From Camelus ferus (taxonomy: Eukaryota): a DNA stretch of 64,000 bases. Positions 52,225-64,000 of this stretch are shown in pieces; within the stretch, counting starts at the first letter, position 1, and each line of letters opens with the position of its first letter. Below the pieces are notes generated by a model that did not search any database, was not told where the DNA came from, and was given only the letters and a program-made list of their open reading frames with translations. The stretch lies in NCBI RefSeq assembly GCF_009834535.1, contig NC_045696.1:46998001-47062000 (forward strand), read 5' to 3'. Made by a program: the position numbers and the translations under genes.

Positions 52225-52425
52225 AAAATATTTGTGTACCTACCGTGGAGCTGGGTATTTTACTTCATCAAATCGTCCTGGGGACTAAAGAGACTATTTG
52301 TACCCACTGCTACCCCAAACATCGGTTTTACAGGTGAAGCAAGAGCCTAAGGACAGTTGTATTATCGAAGTCCTATAACTAGTAAATTTTGGAGCTGGAA
52401 GCAGGCCTAACTCCAGAACCCATTG
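52225..52425 (-). mobile_element. MIR fragment
   Basis: atatttgtgtacctacc...tttacaggtgaagcaag...actagtaaa...taactccagaaccc. Confidence 0.55.
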
Positions 52426-53132
52426 CTCTCACCTGCCTCCTTCTAAAGCACCTACTGGTATTGACAGCAAGACTCAGGTGTCCCCACTATGAAAGGAGCC
52501 TGCCACTCTGAGTTGGGACTTGTCCCCCCTACTCATCTGAATACAAAGACTGATGCTCCTACCAAGAAAGATGCCAGGCTCTGTGCCAAAACTTCTTTTC
52601 AGCTCTTCAGAAGAACAAATGCCCTTATTTTCCCAGAAGGGTTGAAATGGTGCTTTTGTACTCACATTAAGCTTTCTTCCAGAGCCTCTTACCCTGTGAA
52701 ATTAGATTAAATTTAAAGTGGCTCACCGAGTGTGTCCAGGGGTGCATTCTCCAGCCTCCCACCCTCAGAAGGGCCTTGAGATCAGAACCGAGCCCTGGGT
52801 GTCTCATACAAATGCTGTGCACACTGAGTGTATTCTGTGGCTCTGGAGACAAGAATGTTGGCAACTGAGAATCCTCAGATATGACGGAGAGAACGTGGCC
52901 TCCTGTTACACAGAATGAGGGTGACAGTCCCTTGGAGTTTAAGTTCCGAGCACGTGTCAGTGTGCCACCTCAGAGCTGTTACCCTCCCCCTGTCCACTTG
53001 ACTCCTCTTCAGTTCATCCTCCCCATGGGTCAGCATTTCCCGTGGAGGCTGCAGGTACAGAGGAACATTTAGTCCTCACCACTTGCCACCCTCTGTGTGG
53101 TTGTGGGCAAGTCTGTTAGCTTCTGCTACGGT

Positions 53133-53298
53133 CTTGTTTGGGTTTTTTAATTTAATTTAATTTTTTTTTTTTTTTTTTTTAGTGGGGGGGTAGTTAGGTT
53201 TATTTATTTATTTACTTAAATGGCGATGCTGGGGATTGAACCCAGGACCTCGGGCATGCTAGGCACACACTCTACCACTGAGCTATACCCTCCTCCCT
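53133..53298 (-). mobile_element. Camelid tRNA-derived SINE (Vic-1 type), inserted in a MIR
   Basis: Minus strand: gagggtatagctcagtggtagag (A box)...gggttcaatcccca (B box)...(taaa)n...poly-A. Exact 9-bp TSD tgctacggt at 53124-53132 and 53299-53307. Confidence 0.92.
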
Positions 53299-54389
53299 TG
53301 CTACGGTTCATCTGTCATGTGAGAGGACAAGGCTGGCCAGCAGTCCAAGAAGCTTTCTGCTTCGAGGATTCTAATCTGACTGGGTAGGCGAGTTGTTAGA
53401 TCGACACAGGTGATTTATCTTATGGTGAAAACTTTCTCTTCTGGAAACTCAGGGAGCTTTCCTTTGAGATAATAAAGTTCTGTCAGACACTGCAGGTGAT
53501 ATATGCCTTACACGAGTAATTACACCAATCAGGGATTACTAACCTGTGTATATTTTGGGTTAAATCTTTTTTCTTGGAAAACAATGCATAATTAGAATAT
53601 GAATCGCTATTTGGCTCAGTTTTAAGTACTATTTACCAAACTAGAGGTGGCTAGTCTGATCATTCTGAATGTTAAAAGCAGGCCTACAGAAGCTTGTTTT
53701 CACCGGAGTAAAGAGTCTTGATGCTTCTTTAAGTTCTTTGGAAAGTACGTCAGCAGGCAGCTGGCTTTTCTTGATGTTTTCAAAGGGCATATAATAAGCA
53801 TAAATAGGAATATGTGTGGTGGTTTTCTTAAAGTTGTTTGTATTTAAGTGAGAATGGTATACCTTGCATTTTCTTTTCTCTTGATTTTCAAATATCTGTC
53901 TGTCCCTTAAAACTACCTCCATTCAAAAGCCTGATCTATTTGTGTGGTTTGCATGTGGTTGATGTTTATTTGAGTAATCTAAGGTAGCAGAAGAGGAATA
54001 TATTTAATCATCTAACCTTTACAATAAGGAACATTTGAAATGTCAGCATTTTATTTTGGGAACAGGTGAGCTATTGCACTATAAGGCCTTTATTTATTTA
54101 TTTACACCCTGCATCTTTCTGAAAAGGAATTTGAAACAGCTTAGAACAGCTTATAATAAAGGGTAAAATAATATGAAAAAAAATATGAAAGAGGAAACAG
54201 TAAATATTCCAGCCAGAAGGGTCAACATAGTTGCTGTGATGGAATATAAACCTGTGTCTAAGATCCCTAGAAACCCAGCAAAGTGGGAAACGATTATATA
54301 ATCTTTAATATTTGAGAGATGGAAACAGGTTCTTCTGGTTCAAAACTCAGGGCTCTAATAGAGCATATGATATAAGGGATGTTGGTTTA

Positions 54390-54740
54390 ATCCATTCAAC
54401 AAATACTTAAGCACCTGTCATGTAGCCAGATCTTTGTCAGTTGCTGGAGGCAACACTGCGTACGTATGAGTGTTCTCAGGAAGCTCACGGTCTAGAGGTG
54501 CGATCAAACCTATTGATATATAACCAATTATACTTTTCTTTTGTATCAATTAGTGAAATAGTAACAATTCTTAAATTCGCTTAGACGTCTCTGGCTTAGA
54601 CGTCTTCCCTGACTGTGAGACCTGAAAGATGGGTAAGCCTCGTCCAGGTGAAGAGAATAGAAGGAGAAGGTTGGATGGGCTGGAGAACCCAAGGAGAGCC
54701 AGTGTGCCTGCAGGAGAGCAGGACAGAGGAGACTGTGAAG
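54390..54740 (-). mobile_element. L2 3' end
   Basis: cattcaacaaatacttaagcacctg...ctcaggaagctcacggtctag. Confidence 0.65.
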
Positions 54741-56124
54741 GCAGCTGGTGGCAGTCACATCAGCAGTTCCCTAATGCACTGATTCAGCTTTACTTTATCA
54801 AAGCAAAGATGTGGGTCTAAGTAGACAGCATTTATTTCTGGTGAAATATTGGCCTTTTATTTTAAAATTACTATGCTCAGTAAATTATATACTTTAAGTC
54901 TCCTGGTTTCTTTCAAATAAAACTTGGCAACTCTGCATCAGTTCCCCCAAAAAACCCCTTAAACTTAAAAGAAAATTGCTCTGTGAAATCCAAAAAGCAG
55001 GGAAACATGGTCTGCATAGGACCCTCAAAAAATATGGCTGGAAAGACATCTGTAAGGATGAAAAGGTTTACAGTTGAAGCATGATTTAGTGATAGGATTT
55101 CCTCACGGGACTAAGGTAATGTCTTCTAAGCACATAAACCCTGGCTGCCCTGGGCAGTTATTCAGATTAAACAGTGTACTAGGGCACCCGGGTCATGGCA
55201 TGAGTGGAGACTGAAATTTAGTCCTTGTTCCTCTTGTCAAATCATGTACCCTGGTTTAGGGTGGGATCTGCCTGGAAGAAAGGGAGCCTTTTATTTTTTA
55301 TAGAAAGACACTGTGGTCACTGGTAGCAAACATCATCTTCCCGTGGTCTAGTCTGATTCAAGCATAGAACTTAACAAGCCTGTAGGAGTGTGCATGGAGT
55401 GCAGTGAGGATCTCTGTGACATTCATTCAGCCAGGTATTTTTTTAATGTATACAACTGTTCTCCAGTACCTTCTAGTATGGGTCTAAAGTGCTAGCTGCT
55501 GCTGATTAATGATGGATCTAATATTTCATAAATTAAGCTGGTAAGTGGAAAGATGAGTAGCAGAAAGGAAAGAAGGGGGTGTCTTCATGTCCCGGTCATT
55601 GACACAGGTACCTTCTTATTTTACATAAATAGCGCATAAGTTTACCAAAAGGATTCTGATGAGTCATGTCCTCGAGAGGGTAAGGTAGTCTGTGATCTGG
55701 GGAGATTGTTTCTTGAGAACAAGTATTAGCTTTAACTATAGTCAATTTTGAATTTAGTTCTTATTGGAGCATTATCTTTCTTAAGCCCTCATTATAAAGC
55801 AAAGTAGAGATGGTTCTGGTTCAGAGATTTTCAGAGAGGGTGTAGCTAGTGGTCATCAGTAGCCATGGGGAAAAAAAAAATCTTAACTAAAAGGTCTCCC
55901 GTTACTAACATGGTCTGTTAAATGTGCCTCGCAGGATGAATTAGCTGAAAAATGCATCCATAGGTTACAGGGTAAACTGACCTGTTCTGTGGAGTTCTGT
56001 TATAATTGACCAATTATGTTGGAGACTGTGCTGAAAACAATGACTTTACTTAGCTAATGTTCAGCCTAATTGCTGGAAATAAGTAATTACTCAAATCATT
56101 TTTCCTACCATCTTTTCTTCTTAT

Positions 56125-56285
56125 ATGATACTAATTCATGGTCATTGTAGAAAAATTAGAAAATACAGATAAGAAAAAAAATCATTCATAACCCTTTCCT
56201 GTAAAGAGACAATACTAGCATTTTATTCATGCTGTCAGATGTTTTCCACTCATGTATATTTTGTCTGTGCGTATTTTTAACTAAG
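56125..56285 (-). mobile_element. L1ME4-like 3' end; probably continues at about 57795-58150
   Basis: catggtcattgtagaaaaattagaaaatacagataag...aatcattcataaccc. Confidence 0.6.
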
Positions 56286-56985
56286 ATGTCAGTTGTGGTG
56301 ACCCTGCCTCTTATGATCTTCCTCAGATCGGCCTGTAATACCCACTGCCCCCCATCCCAGTCATGTGGGAAGTTTAGTGCGTGTCCTGAGCTTTCTGGAA
56401 TTGCTCAGGGACTTTGTCAACCTAGGTTATCATTTCTTACTTCATCTTGTAGATGTTTCCCTATTTCCACTTGGCAAACAACTACTTTTCCTCATTCTCC
56501 AAAAACACATACACTGTCATTCACAAGGCAGCATAAAATCCTTTTGTCTCTGAACACCGTATTACTTTGCTCTTTCTCCATTCCTTCGCTCTTCTTCATG
56601 TCTCCCACACCACAAATTCCTGTTTATTTCTTATTCCCAATGCCTTTGGAAAAGGCCTTGATAAGACCGTTGCATAGGGGACATAGGACCCGAGGACCTG
56701 AATGGAAAGGTGGCAAAGTTCCTGAAAGAATTCTAGTGATATCTAATAAAATACTTTAAAAAAATCCTATCATACAAGTAATTGACTTTAAAACAAAGAA
56801 TATTCTCACTGAAACCATGCACACGTTTAACTATATTGTTGAGAATAGATTTCATCAAATTTGGCCTCTTTATAGCCATTGGATTATTTTTCCTCATTAT
56901 CTGTTGTTTCCAGTGATTATTGGTGAGGGCACTCCCAGTCTGTCTTCTAGATGCTTTGTCTCTGTGTGAATTCTGCCACACATAC

Positions 56986-57425
56986 TTTGGGAGCCATGGA
57001 CATACTCAGGTCTCCTGCTAGGGGGAGCGCAATTGACTGGCAGTGCCCGCGGCTGCACCCCTGGGTCTATTACCACATTTGTACGGATGTCATGCTTCCT
57101 GTGGCTGCTCCCTGTCACTGAGCACGGTTGGGGGTATTAATGCAGGCCCTTGCTGCAGCACGAGTGACTCTCCAGATGGGTGACTTGCATAAGAACTCCC
57201 CGTCAGACTGGTTATTACTTCCTGGAACCCCACTGTAATCTAAAAGTCTTCCCATGCACTCCTCCTCTGTCTTCTTCACAAGTGTCAGAGCCTCTTCGTA
57301 GTCTGATGGTCTTCTCTGGTTTCTCCAGCTCTCTTCTCTTTTCCTTCGTGGGTATTCCCCCCAATAAACCTACTGTAATAATCCTCTCTTGGCGTCTCCT
57401 TCTCAGAAGTACCCAAAATAATGCA
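56986..57425 (+). mobile_element. LTR16 (C-like) ERVL solo LTR
   Basis: gagccatgga...ggctgctccc...actgagcacgg...ccccccaataaacc...tcttggcgtctccttctcagaagtacccaaaataatgca. Confidence 0.8.
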
Positions 57426-59380
57426 GACATTCAGCAAGTGACCAGAAGAGTCAGAAGACCTGTTCATGCAAGTTTGGTGAAGTACTGGAGCTCCTGCCCA
57501 GGGGTCAGAGTTCCTTGCCTGATGAGTTGATTAGATGCAGACACTGAAGTGTTCTAGTGCTAACTGCTTTGTAGGTGCAGGCTTCTGTTATACTTCTGTT
57601 TATGCAAGAGCAGAGATGCCTGTACTTTTCACTAATGAATAAATATTTTTAGCATCTCTTATGCTAGTTAGCAAACCCTTCAGTGCTGATGGAGTTGTCA
57701 TTGAAGCACTTGCACAGATGCTTGGAATGCATGCACTGAGCAGGTTTCCTCCAATATTAACTAACCATCGGTGGGGGGTAGGTTAAAACCAGTGCACACA
57801 CATATTGTATGGTCCATGGTTAAGTGTAATGTGAACTTTACCCATGTTAGTGTGTCAGTAAATTCATCATATCTAATGACTATGTAATGGTCAATGGCAT
57901 GAATATTCCACTTATTTTAATCAATTCTACAAGAGTGGGTGTTTTTAGTTCCTAATTTTTAACTGTTTCCGATTTAGTAAAAAGTTTGTGTATACTTTGG
58001 GCATTGTCCTGCTATTCATAGAATAGCTTTTAGAAGTAGAATTACAAAGTTTTAAGGTTTTGCTGTTCATTGCCAAAAAAATCCAGGAAGTTTGTTCCAG
58101 TTTACAGTCCAACGATTACTGTATGAGTAGACGTATTTCTTTACCCTTTATTTTCTGCATGTGAAATTATGTGTAAAATGTAAATGTTTAATCCAAAAAA
58201 CAAGTTTAAAAAACCCTTTGAATCCTCCACCCAGATTACAAACTAGAATTTAAAATCCTCCTGTGTTTATTGCTTCAAAACATTCCTCTCCATGCCGCCC
58301 TTCCCTACAGGGTGACAAGTAAAAAGCTGGTTGTGTGAGGGACTCCAAGACAAGATGAACTCAGTAGTCGCAGGGTTTTAGGCTTCTGCTTCCTGGGAAT
58401 TTACAAGAGAACCTTCCGATGTATTCAGTGGGAGAAGGCCATGCATGAGTTCTGGGAAATCTGAGGCTCACCACAGTCTACAAATCTGTAAGAGTTGCAG
58501 TGTGAAGCAGGTACTAAGTATCTGATCTGCAGGAGTGAGGAGAATCACCCTGGGTTTCTTGCTTCTAAGCTCACCATGGCCTTGTTTCAGCTCTCAGAAC
58601 TAAATCAAAGCAGGAAACTTCAGTGGGATGAAATATATGTCCACAGTCAATGTTGGCAGCAAGACCTGGAGGAAAGAGCAGGAAACTTACCAGCAAATTG
58701 CCAAGATCACCACATTTTTATCGGGACCAGATTCTCCAGGGCATTCATCCAGATGTTTGTTTAAAAAAAAAAAATACACCAAAGCAGTAGGGATCATAGT
58801 CCTACATCCTACAGCATGTCTAATAGACTCTCATTGCCCCAACCTGGTCTAGTCTCCAGCTAGCATCTTGGGAAATCTGTTCACTCTCCTAGCAATTCCT
58901 TCATCCCTCTCCTACTTGAAACTCACTTTCTTTCCTGTACCATGTCTTCCTTTTTCTTAGTTTATACTTTCATTTTGTTGGAACACTTTTCCGGTAGCTT
59001 CTTGAGAAAGAGAATGGGTAGTAAAAAAATTTTTAAGATCACCATTCTCCCCTCACAAGGTTTGAGAGTTTGGCTATAATTATAGGTTACAAGTCATTTT
59101 CCTTTAGGATTCTGGACATAACTCCATTTTCTTCTTGCTTGCAGTGATACTGTTGCAAAATCTAAAGCCATTGTAATTCTTCATCCTTTCTGATCTGCTT
59201 TTTCTTCCTGGAAGTTGATAGAATCTTCTTTTCCTCTAGTGTTTTGAAATATATTTGTGCAGGTATTTTCATCTACTACTTCTATTTAGTAAACTTTTTT
59301 CAGTAATAGCATTTCACTTTCTATTGTTCTGGGAGAATTTTGCATTTTCTATTTTTTCTGGAAAGTATTGTTGATTTACG

Positions 59381-59541
59381 ATATGTTATCACTTATATGT
59401 GGAATCTAAAAAATAAAATAGATGAATGAATATAGCAAAACAGAAAGAGACTCACAGATATAGAGAACAAACTAATGGTTACCAGTGGGGAAAGGGAGTA
59501 GGGGAGGGGCGAGTTAAGGGCAGGGAATTAAGGGGTACAAA
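59381..59541 (+). mobile_element. Younger L1 fragment (ORF2 end / 3' UTR) with no polyA
   Basis: tatcacttatatgtggaatctaaaa...actcacagatatagagaacaaactaatggttaccagtgggg...ggtacaaac. Confidence 0.85.
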
Positions 59542-60699
59542 CACCTGGGACATTTTCTTGAGTAATTTTCGTTTGTTTTCTATTTCCTATTTTCTGTTTC
59601 CTCTTTTCTCTTTCTCCACCCCCCACAGATTTTCTGGGGCGGTCATCCAATTTTTTTTTCTCCTATTTTCTGCCTCTTTGTCTTTTTGCTCTGCTTTCTA
59701 GGAGACGTATCTATCTTATAATGACTTCATTTCTATTAGGTTCTCGGTTCTATGCTCTTTTCTGTTCTCTTAAATTTTTATGGCATCCTGTTCCTCTTTT
59801 ATAGATGTATCATTTTCTTATTTATCTGAGGATGCTGATACTTTTATTTCATTTGGTTTTGTTGAATTCACCCTCCCCCACTCCTGCATTATTTACTTCA
59901 GGATGCTTTTTTATGAAGGAGATCAGTTTTTGTTTTGTTTTTCTTTCATTTCTATCTTCCATGATAGGAGCTTCCCTCAGATATCTGGTAATACCTAAAT
60001 GTTTGCTTAATATTGAGAATGGGGGCATCTAAAAAGCTCCTCTGAGGCTCTGAGAGCTTGAACTATGGGCCATACTTATCAAGTGAGTTCACTGTAGAGT
60101 GATATAGATTGGGAGTGGGCGGCGGATCTCTGTATTCAGGGATACATTTGATCACTTAGTCCTAACCCTTCTCCTAACTCTAGTCTGGGCCAATATCATT
60201 AGTTCAGACATCTTGCTTTTAGTTTCTCCAGAGAACAAGTTTCTGGGTTTTTGTCAGAATTGGGAGGGGCAATCGCTCAGCAGAGTGGAGTAGAGGAGGG
60301 AATCTGGAACGTTTAATTTCTTAAATAGTGTACTAGGGTCTGACTCCATTTTTTTTTAATCTTTGACTGCTGAGAGCTTTTAAGGCCTAGTTTATTCCTT
60401 TTCCTATGCCCCCTATTTGGGAAAATTGATAAGAAAGCCAGGGCACTCCTTCCTTTGGCACCAGAGGGAAGTTCAAACAACTCCAGTAGTGAATTCTTCC
60501 ATAGTTCCACCCCCTTACAATGGTAAACACCAGGCCTACTCGCCCTAACTCTCAAGACACTTAAGCCAATTCCAGGCCAGCTTGGGTGCTGTCCTCTCTG
60601 CCCAAGACATTTCATGATGTGAGTATTACAGTTTTCTCTTACCTCTTAACATGTGCATGGTGTCATCAATCTAGACATCCCACCTGTTAATCGGGAGGA

Positions 60700-61029
60700 T
60701 ATCTCAGTGTGCTTGTGCTGCTCTAATAAATTACCAGAGACCAGGTGGTTTAAATAGCAAGTGTTTATTTTTCATGGTTCTGGACGCTGGGAAGTCCAAG
60801 AACTAGGTGGCTGGAAGATCCAGAGTCTGGTGAGAACCCACTTCCTGGTTTGTAGATGGCCGTCTTCTCATTGTATCCTTACGTGGTGGAGAGCAGAGAG
60901 AGAAGCTAGCTCTCTTCTTGTAAGGACACTAACCCCATCTGGAGGGCCCCATCTCCCAATACCATTTCATTGGGTATTAGACTTTCAACACATGAATTTT
61001 GGGGGGACACAAACATGCAGTGCATTATA
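60700..61029 (-). mobile_element. MLT1A-like MaLR solo LTR
   Basis: ttctggacgctgggaagtccaaga...tctggtgagaacccacttcctggtttgtagatgg...tgaattttggggggacacaaacat, with a TSD gagga/gaggg. Confidence 0.9.
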
Positions 61030-61989
61030 GAGGGGGCCCAGCCCATCTGCATGGGATAGCTATAAGAAATAGCTTTCAAGAAGATTTCCTTACCTTAGCC
61101 TTTCTTTTACTACCAGTCCCAAAGACAGTTCCTGTGCCTTTGAGCACATTGTGGTATCACTTGGCTGGCTCTCACACATTTCCAGTACCAGCTAGAGATT
61201 AGGTTTCTTGAGTCTATTAAGTTAGCTACTTCTTGCCCATCTTTCTCCAGCTTCCAAAATTTTGCTGACTTTTTTCCCTCTTCTGTTTTTCTGATTTGTA
61301 TCATTCTCTCTTAAAAAAAAAAAATTCATTCCCTAAATTTTTATTGACTTAAAATAAAAAACAAGATCAGAAACATGTTCAGCTGCTATTTTAACCCAGA
61401 AATCCTGAATGGCTCATTTCTTCAGACCTTGTAGACAATAGGTGCTATCCTTTCATTTGTTGCTAAATTCCTGAAATGTATACTACATTTAGTTACAATT
61501 GCTCTAACAACACAGATTATCCATATTGTTGGATTCTAATCTGGTCCTCTGTTCATATGACTGAAAGCCTAAAGTACAATTTCATAATTTATGGCAGATT
61601 TGTAAATTCAGCCTTTCAGTTAACCCTAAGTTTGCTTCCTATTTTTGGTAGCACACCATTATAATTCAGACGAAAGTCTTCTACCAACATTCTCGAAACA
61701 AGTTGAAACGAAAATGAATTATCTATACCTATCTCTGCTCCATTTGTGTGAGAGAAATGGAAAGATAATCAGTTCATGGCTGTTGTTTAAAATGAAAGCC
61801 ACTTTTCTTCTCTTCTTGATTGTAAAAATTTGACCCATCTTTTGAACAAATTTTGCAATGATTTAAAATTTTTCTAGATTTTATACATTGTAGATTTAAG
61901 TTAAGATTTCAAAATGCTGTTGTTAATTTGAAAATAATGATCTCATCAAATGGTAAGCCTATTTTGGCTTCAAATTTGATTGATAGATT

Positions 61990-62720
61990 TGAAAATTTTT
62001 ATTATTTTAAAAATTAAAGTTATGTTCTCAGTAAAAGCATATAGATGAAAATTAGCCCTTTTCTTCCACAAACTTTAGCAGAGTCCTAGTTTCCCCTCTT
62101 AGAGGCAGCAGGCCATATTAAATTTACTATGTATGTCTTGAATGTAAGCATGTATATAAGCCTGTGAGCTTTTTTACACTAACAAGATCACACTATGTAT
62201 GCTGTTCCAAACCTTGTTTTATTTAACCATGTATTTCTGAAGATTACACCATATCGGCACATTCAGATATCCCTTATACATTTATTATTTCTCATGGAAA
62301 TAGAATAAATACAGGGAAGTACACAAAATACATATAGTTGAATGAATCAGCACAAAACAAAAGCCCATCAGGTAACCACCACCTGGCTAGCCAAGCAATG
62401 AGACATTCCTAACCCTTCACGTCCCCTCCAAGTTACTACCACCTGTCTCTCCCTTAAAGGAAACCTCTTCTGAACTTTTACGGTACCCTTTTCTTGCTTT
62501 TCTTTAGTTTTACTACCTAAGTATAAATCCTTAAACCTAATGGTTTAGTTTTTCCTGTTTAGAATTTTTTTGCCTGGGTTAGAATTTCAGGCAATTGAAA
62601 TCATGCAAATTTAGTGATGATTTAAAATTCTTGGTTGTACGTGAGTTGTTTCGTGTCTGGCTTGCTTCATGCTTTCAATTCATCCCATTTATCTTACGGT
62701 GTTTTTTTTCCCTCCAACAT
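61990..62720 (-). mobile_element. L1ME 3'-end fragments (probably two elements)
   Basis: atacagggaagtacacaaa...gtaaccaccacc...ctgaactttta...tgtctggcttgcttcatgct. Confidence 0.6.
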
Positions 62721-62769
62721 TTCCTTCTTTCTGGTCCTTGCCACACATTTATTACTCTTTTTTTTTTAC

Positions 62770-64000
62770 TACCTTGAAAGCCACACATTGTTTTGCAACT
62801 GTTTTACTGGTTAACTGTGAAATTATAACATACATTTTTAGTTCTCAAATCCTTATATAAATTGGTATTTACCCTCTTCATGGTCAATGCAAGAACCTGA
62901 AATTCCTTTTAATTCTGTCCTTTAATTTTGTCTATATTCTGAATGCTGTCATCATCATTATCAGTTTACTTATTTAAATTCACCTTTTTGTTGCTCTTTA
63001 TTCCTTTCGAAATCTGGGATTCCTGGTAAGTTTTCTTTCTGCCTGCAGAACATGCCTTTCATATGTCGTTTAGTGTAGATCTACTAGCTACAAATGCTGA
63101 TTTGTTTGTCTTAAAATTATTTGTTTCACTCAACTCTTGAAATATATGTTGCTAGACTTATATTCTGGGTTGGCTTATTTTCTTTTAGTACTTTGAAGAT
63201 TTAGTACTTTGTCTTCCGGTTTCTTGTTAATTCTATTAATAAAGTCAGCTATCTGCCTAATTATTGCTCTTCTGAAGGCAGTCTGTCTTTTTTTTGTTAC
63301 TTCCAACTGTTTTAAGATTTTTCTTTTTCTTTGGTTTTTAACATTTTGCTATTAGATACCCAGTTGTTTTTTCTTTATTTATTGTGTTTAGAGTTGTTTT
63401 GTTTTCTTAAATCTATAAATTAATGTCTTTCATTTTTAGAAAATTATTTCCTCAAATTATTTCCTCAGATAATTCTTCTTGCCCATTTTTTCTTTTTTCT
63501 TCCTAGAATTCCACTTGTATTGCACCTTCTCACTGTATCTTCTGTTTCTTACCTTTCTTCCTAATCTTTCCATTCTTTTGTTTCCCTTTGCTTTATTCTG
63601 GATAGTTTTTTCTGACCAATCAATACTCAGGTTACTAATACCATTTGACTATCTAAACAGCTGTTAAATCAATCTATTAAATTGTTGCTAATTTCAATTA
63701 TTATTTTCCAGCTCTTGTAATTTCTGTTTGGTACTTTATTATGGTTTTCACTTTTCTACCAAAATTCTCTATCTTGTCCTGTTCCTTTGGACAAAATAAG
63801 TATGGTTATTATAAAGTCTGTGTCTGAAAACTCCAACATCTGAAGTACTTGTGAGTTTTATTTTCAATCATTTCTGCCTGTTTGATTATTATCTTGTCTC
63901 TGAGTACCTGGTTATTTTTTATTTTGTGCCAGACATTGTATTTGATGTTAGAAATAATTTTCTACATGATACAGAAATAATTTTCAGCTAGGGGTAATAT
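62770..64000 (-). mobile_element. Old L1ME/HAL1 ORF1-region fragment
   Basis: tttctttctgcctgcagaa...aaagtcagctatctgcctaattattgctcttctgaagg...tttaagattttt. Confidence 0.65.

Larger units (their letters stand above)
58830..61405 (-). mobile_element. Old L1M/HAL1 ORF1 and 5' region, interrupted by an L1 piece and an MLT1A
   Basis: T-rich ORF1-antisense motifs (gtagcttcttgagaaag, tgttgcaaaatctaaagccatt) and the 5'-end motif tgttcagctgctattttaacccagaa. Confidence 0.6.

Noticed and set aside
53215..53297. tRNA-like sequence on the minus strand
   Set aside because: It is the head of a SINE, with a (taaa)n/poly-A tail and TSDs, and not a tRNA gene.
56229..56759. Longest ORF in the window (176 aa)
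   Set aside because: It starts inside an L1ME fragment, has a C/S/F/L-rich composition typical of non-coding DNA, and contains no recognisable domain.
1..64000. CRISPR array, operon or other prokaryotic-type system
   Set aside because: There are no regularly spaced repeats and no dense ORFs; the sequence is clearly mammalian repeat-rich DNA.

Overview
This is mammalian genomic DNA, AT-rich and repeat-dense. It is very probably from a camelid (alpaca, llama or camel), because it carries a tRNA-derived Vic-1-type SINE at 53133-53298 and a camelid-type L1 3' end at about 46704. I found no recognisable protein-coding gene, RNA gene or prokaryotic-type system. The ORFs in the track are transposon remnants (ERVL gag, L1 ORF2, CR1/L3) or short chance ORFs. 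Much of the window is old interspersed repeats: two ERV3-16A3/LTR16-type ERVL proviral remnants, several ERVL, MaLR and ERV1 LTRs, L1MC/MD/ME/HAL1 fragments, MIR, L2, CR1, and hAT/Tigger DNA transposons. Most L1s lie on the minus strand, which is compatible with an intron of a plus-strand gene (inference only). The most notable structures are: a twin-priming 5'-inverted L1; a three-level nested insertion; an internally deleted L1MC that keeps both ends; an antisense gag-motif insert in an ERVL; a duplicated AP-1 motif; and a few speculative splice-flanked exon or small-ORF candidates. Repeat family names come from my recollection of consensus sequences, not from a database search, and boundaries of old repeats are approximate.
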